Part shown: positions 59,433 to 64,000 of the stretch, piece by piece
Layout of the letters: each line of letters starts with the position of its first letter
How positions within the stretch are numbered: the stretch's first letter is position 1
Assembly: GCA_013265495.1 (NCBI GenBank)
Contig: MU061814.1
Location: 2,023,680-2,087,679, forward strand
Direction: 5' to 3'
Source: Vicugna vicugna
Taxonomy: Eukaryota
DNA length: 64,000 nucleotides
Notes under the pieces: model-generated
Told to the model about the DNA's origin: nothing
The model's input: only the letters and a program-made list of their open reading frames with translations
The model's database searches: none
Translations under genes and position numbers: made by a program

Positions 59433-60528
59433 GTTTGAAAAGATTCTTTAAATACTTGTTTAAGCAAGAACTTGCCCCACCAGGAATGGTGTTTGCTCCA
59501 GGTGGGCCAAGCCATCCCCACGGGATGGATAACAGCAGTGCCCGGCCCGTGGGGAGGCAGCTTTCCACACCCTTTCCACGGGTGACACGGCCAGTCACTG
59601 GTCCCTACATGCGCAGGCCCTTGAAGGCCAGAGGAAGGAGCTGGGATTTGAGCCCAGTTTTCAGGAGAAGCAGGGCTGCGGTGTGCTGAGAATTGCCTTG
59701 TTCAAAGATCGCTCTGGTTACTGAGTGAGCGATGGGACAACCCGGTGGGGAAGACGCAGGTGATGTTCCCACCTGAGCCAGCCAGCTGTGGACCTGGGGC
59801 AGATGCCTCAAGGAACTGCTGAGCTCTGTACATCCCTGGGTCTAGGCTCACGGGCCTGTCTTTTTAACCCTGAGTTCTGCCCTCTGCCCAGCCCTGGAGA
59901 AAGACGCAGTTCTGTGTCCTGATGGGGAGAGGGGACAAAAACTCAGGATGAAGGCGGCCAGGGGTGCGGAAGTTAGGCTCCTGACATGCCCTCAGGGTCT
60001 GATGAGGACACACCTTTAAGAAACACCCTTGTAGACACAGTGTTTGCTCCCCATCGATAAGTTTATTGGGATAGGTGCCCAGAAACGTAGTGGTTGTTCA
60101 GTGAAATACACACCCCCCCACATACATGGGGAGCTCGCTCTGCTCACGGACACCCTGACTGGACCCCCAGAGCTGCCCAGCAGACAGACCAGGAGGGATG
60201 GGAAGCAGGGCTGGGTTTTAAATGTGGGTTTTAATCCAACTCCCTACCCCCATCTCCACCCCAGAAGGGGACACGGTGGTGAGGGATCCTCCGTCTCTCC
60301 CAGCCACCAGCGGTCCCCATACATGCCTTGCCCTGGTGGAGATAGACCCCTCCTTCTGCCCCGGTACCTGCTCCAGCCAGGCAGCTGCGACCAGAATCAG
60401 CATCCTTTCAGGGGAAGCATCCCCTCCTGGAGATCAGAACGGAATCTCCTTCTGGAGGGAGAAGACAGGAAGCGCCCTGGGGTTGGAACAAAACGGAACA
60501 TGGTGTCCTCCTGTGTGAGCTTCTGCTT

Positions 60529-60690
60529 AGGAGAAGGGCAGAGTGTGGTAGAGCATGTACATGGCGTGCACGAAGTCCTGGGTTCAATCCCCAGTACCTC
60601 TGTTACAAAATAATCGTAAAAAATAAATAAAACCTAATTCCATCCCCCCCAAGAAAAAACAAAAATAAAATACTGGGCTTTAAAAAAAAT
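60529..60690 (+). mobile_element. Camelid vic-1-type SINE in intron 3 (more diverged)
   Basis: gtggtagagcatgtacatggcgtgcacgaagtcctgggttcaatccccagtacctc plus an A-rich tail with the aacctaatt motif. Confidence 0.88.
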
Positions 60691-60869
60691 GTAGGAAAAA
60701 AATGAATAAGAAAAATAAAAGTTTTTACCAAAAAGATACAGTTATGGTTTAATAGGTATTCTCTACCCAAAGGGCGTGCTGCGAAAAGCCGCCCTCCCTC
60801 CCCTGCTCCCAGGAGCCGTTTTCCCCAGTGGCTCCGCACTCTTCCAAGATGGGATGTGGGTATGTGGGT

Positions 60870-61390
60870 CTCTAGCCTTTTTTTTGTCCACAGATTATAC
60901 CAGGTTGTACGTGTTTTTATGTATCTTTTTTCTCTTAGCGGTTTATCATCAAAGTTGTTGCATCTCAGAACACACAGAGCCACCTAATTCTTTTAAGCTG
61001 CCGAGCAGTCTTCCCCGGCGCAGAGGGGCCGTGGCTGAATGAGCCCCCCGTGGATGGACACGTAGGCGGCGTCCAGTTACTTGCTATTACAGATAGGGCT
61101 GTGTTGCCTCCCTGACACTCACACTGGTGTGTACGTATGTGGGTGTCGGAATGTCTTAGCATAAATGCCCAGGGATGGACTGTCAGCTCAGAGTGTTTGC
61201 ATTTTTATTATTCGTAGATTTCATTTTCGTGGATAACAACAGTGTTGCCCACCATGGAGAATGAACGAGGGTGCTCCCACAATGCCTTTAATTGTTAATG
61301 GCGGTTGTTTTCATCTCTTTGCCAACTTGGTGGGAGAAATGTGACATCCAGAGTGGTTTTTGACTGCACTTCTTTTACCAGTTAGGGATA
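60870..61390 (-). mobile_element. L1MC/ME 3' region, antisense, intron 3
   Basis: gatggacacgtagg..tccagttacttgctattac..aatgcccagggatggactg..catctctttgccaacttggtgggagaaat. Confidence 0.75.
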
Positions 61391-61928
61391 GACTTGAAAG
61401 CTAGTGGGTGGGTTTCTGAGGTTCTCCCCTGGACGAGCACCCAGGAGACCTTGCTGGCTGGAGGACGCTGGCCCCTCTGGCATTGATTCCTGACCCTCCC
61501 GGCATGTGGCCTCTCCAGAGATTAATTTTCATACTTCATCAAGAACAGATGTTAAGGGGCTTCATCCCCCGGTGGCAGCTGGCCAACTAGGACCGTCCCC
61601 TCCCGCCTCCACCTCACTCAGACAGCCTTTGAGCTAAGCGTGAGCTCATAATCCAAGCATATTAAACCTGTCCATCTCAGCTCTGCTCCACAAGTACTCC
61701 TCACTGCGGTCTTGGTTCAAATCATCCTGTAAGAGCAGATCAGGAGGTTATTTCAAACAGAGGGAGGAAACCTGGGTAAACATTTACCCTCTTTTTCCAA
61801 AATGTTTCCAAATTTCAAGGAATTGACAAATGCAATTTTTTTTCCATTCAGTTGGGGTCCCGTTTCCCTTTTGGTTTTTAATTCGATTCAATTGCTTTTC
61901 ACTTCTATGGTGTCTATGGTTTGAGGTA

Positions 61929-61933
<5 letters not shown>

Positions 61934-61973
<40 letters not shown>
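61934..61973. repeat. (GT)20 microsatellite
   Basis: Perfect 40-nt dinucleotide run. Confidence 0.98.
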
Positions 61974-61975
<2 letters not shown>

Positions 61976-62229
61976 ACACGTATCATAAAGCTTTCTAATC
62001 AAAGCTGGAAGGTGTCTAACTGCCAGGATACCATCTAACAATAGTGCCATATATTTTATAAAGGTCACTGCGGGCCGTAATATTTGGTATTTCTGCACAT
62101 TAATTTTCCTCCTTTTTGCTCTTTTACCAGAAAAAAAATATATTTCACTAGAGGTCGTAAATTAAATGTGCTAAGCATTACAAGATAAAGAAACATTGGA
62201 GAGGATGTGGAGAAAAGGGAACCTGTTAG

Positions 62230-62935
62230 ATAATAGCCATGCTGACAGGGGTGACGTGATGCCTCGTTGTGGTTTTGATTGCATTTCCCTGACAATTAAT
62301 GCCTTTGAACATCTTTTCGTGTGACTGTTAACCACTCGTACATCTTCTTTGGAAAAATGTCTATTTAGGTCCTCTCCCCATGTTTAAATCAGGTTGTTTG
62401 TTGTTTTGATGCTGAACTGTAAGAGTTCTTTGTGCATTTTGGATACTAACCCTTTATTGGATACTTCATTCACAAATGTCTTCCCCCGTTCAGTAGGCGG
62501 CCTTTTCGTTTTGTTGATAGTGTTCTTTTCTGTGCAGACGAAGTTTTTTAGTTTGATGTAATCTCGTTTGTTTATTTTTGCTTTTATTTCTCTTGCCTGC
62601 AGAGACATATCCAAAAAATACATTGCTAAGACCGATGTCAGAGAGTGTACCACCTATGAATTCTCCTAGAAGCTTTATGGTTTCGGGTCTTCCATTTGTC
62701 TTTAATCCATCTGAGTTCATTTTTGTGTACGATCTGAGACGTAGTCCGGTTTGAGTCTTTTGCATGTAGCTGTCCAGTTTTCCCAACACCGTTTACCGAA
62801 GAGGCTTCTTTCCCCATTGTATATTCTTGCCTCCTTTGTCAGGGATTAACTGATCACAAGTGTGTGGGCTCATTTCTGGGCTCTGTGTTCTGTTCCAGTG
62901 ATCTATGTGTCTATTTTTGTGCCAGTACCGTGGTT
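62230..62935 (-). mobile_element. L1 ORF2 3' region, antisense, ending ~105 bp before exon 4
   Basis: gtggttttgattgcatttccctga..tctttggaaaaatgtctatttaggtc..tccagttttcccaacacc..tttttgtgccagtacc. Confidence 0.92.
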
Positions 62936-63040
62936 CTGTCTTTTCCACACCAGGCCCATGCACCAATCCTGACGCCTCCATGGACACACATCATGTGTCT
63001 GTGGCCCACGGCAACCAAACCCCTTGCATTTATCTTCCAG

Positions 63041-63202
63041 GTGCTTCCATCCCCCCCATTCCCAAAGACGACGCAGGGCTTCATCGGCTGGAGATCCGGG
63101 GTGCCAGGCCTGAACAAGTGTCTGGAGCATGACAGTGAGATCAGAAGCTGCAAAGGGGCATACGCCAAGGAGCTGAACTGGCCGAAGCAAGGCATTCACT
63201 GA
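63041..63202 (+). CDS. CIMIP1: CIMIP1 coding exon 4 (VLPSPPFPKTTQGFIGWRSGVPGLNKCLEHDSEIRSCKGAYAKELNWPKQGIH*)
   Basis: Acceptor tttatcttccAG| at 63039-40 and TGA at 63200-63202. Contains the TTQGFIGW motif of the LLC1 family. The total of 137 aa equals the recalled human length. Confidence 0.95.
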   Translation: MLPSPPFPKTTQGFIGWRSGVPGLNKCLEHDSEIRSCKGAYAKELNWPKQGIH

Positions 63203-63650
63203 GTCCAGATGGAGACTCCAGCCCCTGGGGCAAGGAAGGCTAGACCACCGGGCACCTGCTGCCCACGCTCAGGGAAGGAAGAGCTCCCCAGTCTCCCCTG
63301 AGGGACGTTCTCCTCCACATTTGCTCATGGGACGTTGTTGCAGGAAACACAGAATCACGCTCAGACATTTTCAACTCATCAATGCCTCCCTTCCAGAACA
63401 TTCTTGTAGCATATTCATTCTGGGCTAATGCAATGAATAAGGCAAAGTAGAGTCGCTGAAATTTTTTTTTAACACTTTGGGAATTTCTAGGTATAGCTTT
63501 AGAAAAAAAACAGTGTGATTTCATTTTTAAATGTTTGTCTAAACCCTCGAATGTCACCTTCACCCCCTACCCCTCACCATCCTGATTATAAAAAGATTGG
63601 TGGCCAACTGTTTCTGTACCCAAATACCCCTGAGCCTGTTTTTCAGGAGG

Positions 63651-63656
63651 AATAAA
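63651..63656 (+). terminator. Candidate CIMIP1 polyadenylation signal AATAAA
   Basis: First canonical AATAAA downstream of the stop codon (~450 nt). Usage is not demonstrated. Confidence 0.5.
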
Positions 63657-64000
63657 GCATTTTAAGGATCCCTCGACACTCCTTTCCCAGAGTATGTGCT
63701 ATACTTCAACAGTGTTAGAGCAGAAATGAGCCGAAGACTCGCCGCTGAGTGAAGAGTCCCTGGAGGGGACGGGTTTCCCAAGTGCTCCACAGGATCCCTT
63801 CCCCACTTACCTGGTCAGGCCACCCCATGGAAACACAGACGGCAGCCCAGCTGGCCAACTAAGCCACTGTCCTTCCCTCATGGACATTTGACATTAGCCC
63901 CTTGGTCAACATTTTATTTCCAGCCCCTGCCTGTCCCTGAGGCTATGCTTCAGTTCCTGCAAATGGGGGTGTGGGGTGGGAGTGGGGCATCCAGCTGGGG

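Noticed and set aside
62864-63040. N-terminal part of ORF 62864..63202 ([18 protein letters not shown]...)
   Set aside because: It is antisense L1 plus intron read in frame with exon 4. The real exon starts at the AG acceptor, 63041.

Overview
Mammalian genomic DNA from a draft assembly with four N-gaps. It is very probably camelid (alpaca or camel), based on four vic-1-type tRNA-derived SINEs and cetartiodactyl-type L1 3' ends. One protein-coding gene can be supported: CIMIP1 (C20orf85/LLC1, ciliary microtubule inner protein 1), + strand, four coding exons (55713-55780, 57773-57854, 59331-59432, 63041-63202). All introns are GT-AG and the phases join into an intact 137-aa ORF: MAQKPIGTEAAERMNLVAQDEIWKYRLKAENEARQNWAQNWGFLTTPLEELIQCEEEPSTPKPKIELPGRFHIRPVTLVEKHIKVLPSPPFPKTTQGFIGWRSGVPGLNKCLEHDSEIRSCKGAYAKELNWPKQGIH. 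Its promoter is a CpG island with two adjacent RFX X-boxes. The upstream ~55 kb is intergenic and made mostly of old repeats (L1M, L2, MIR, MaLR/ERVL LTRs, hAT and Tigger fossils), a few younger insertions with target-site duplications, short tandem duplications and some repeat-free blocks that may be regulatory. Nearly all ORF-track entries are spurious or TE-derived. I found no convincing new multi-gene biological system. The most interesting leads are regulatory or evolutionary and mostly inference. Repeat subfamily names are from recalled consensus sequences, repeat boundaries are approximate, and RepeatMasker/Dfam is needed to confirm both.
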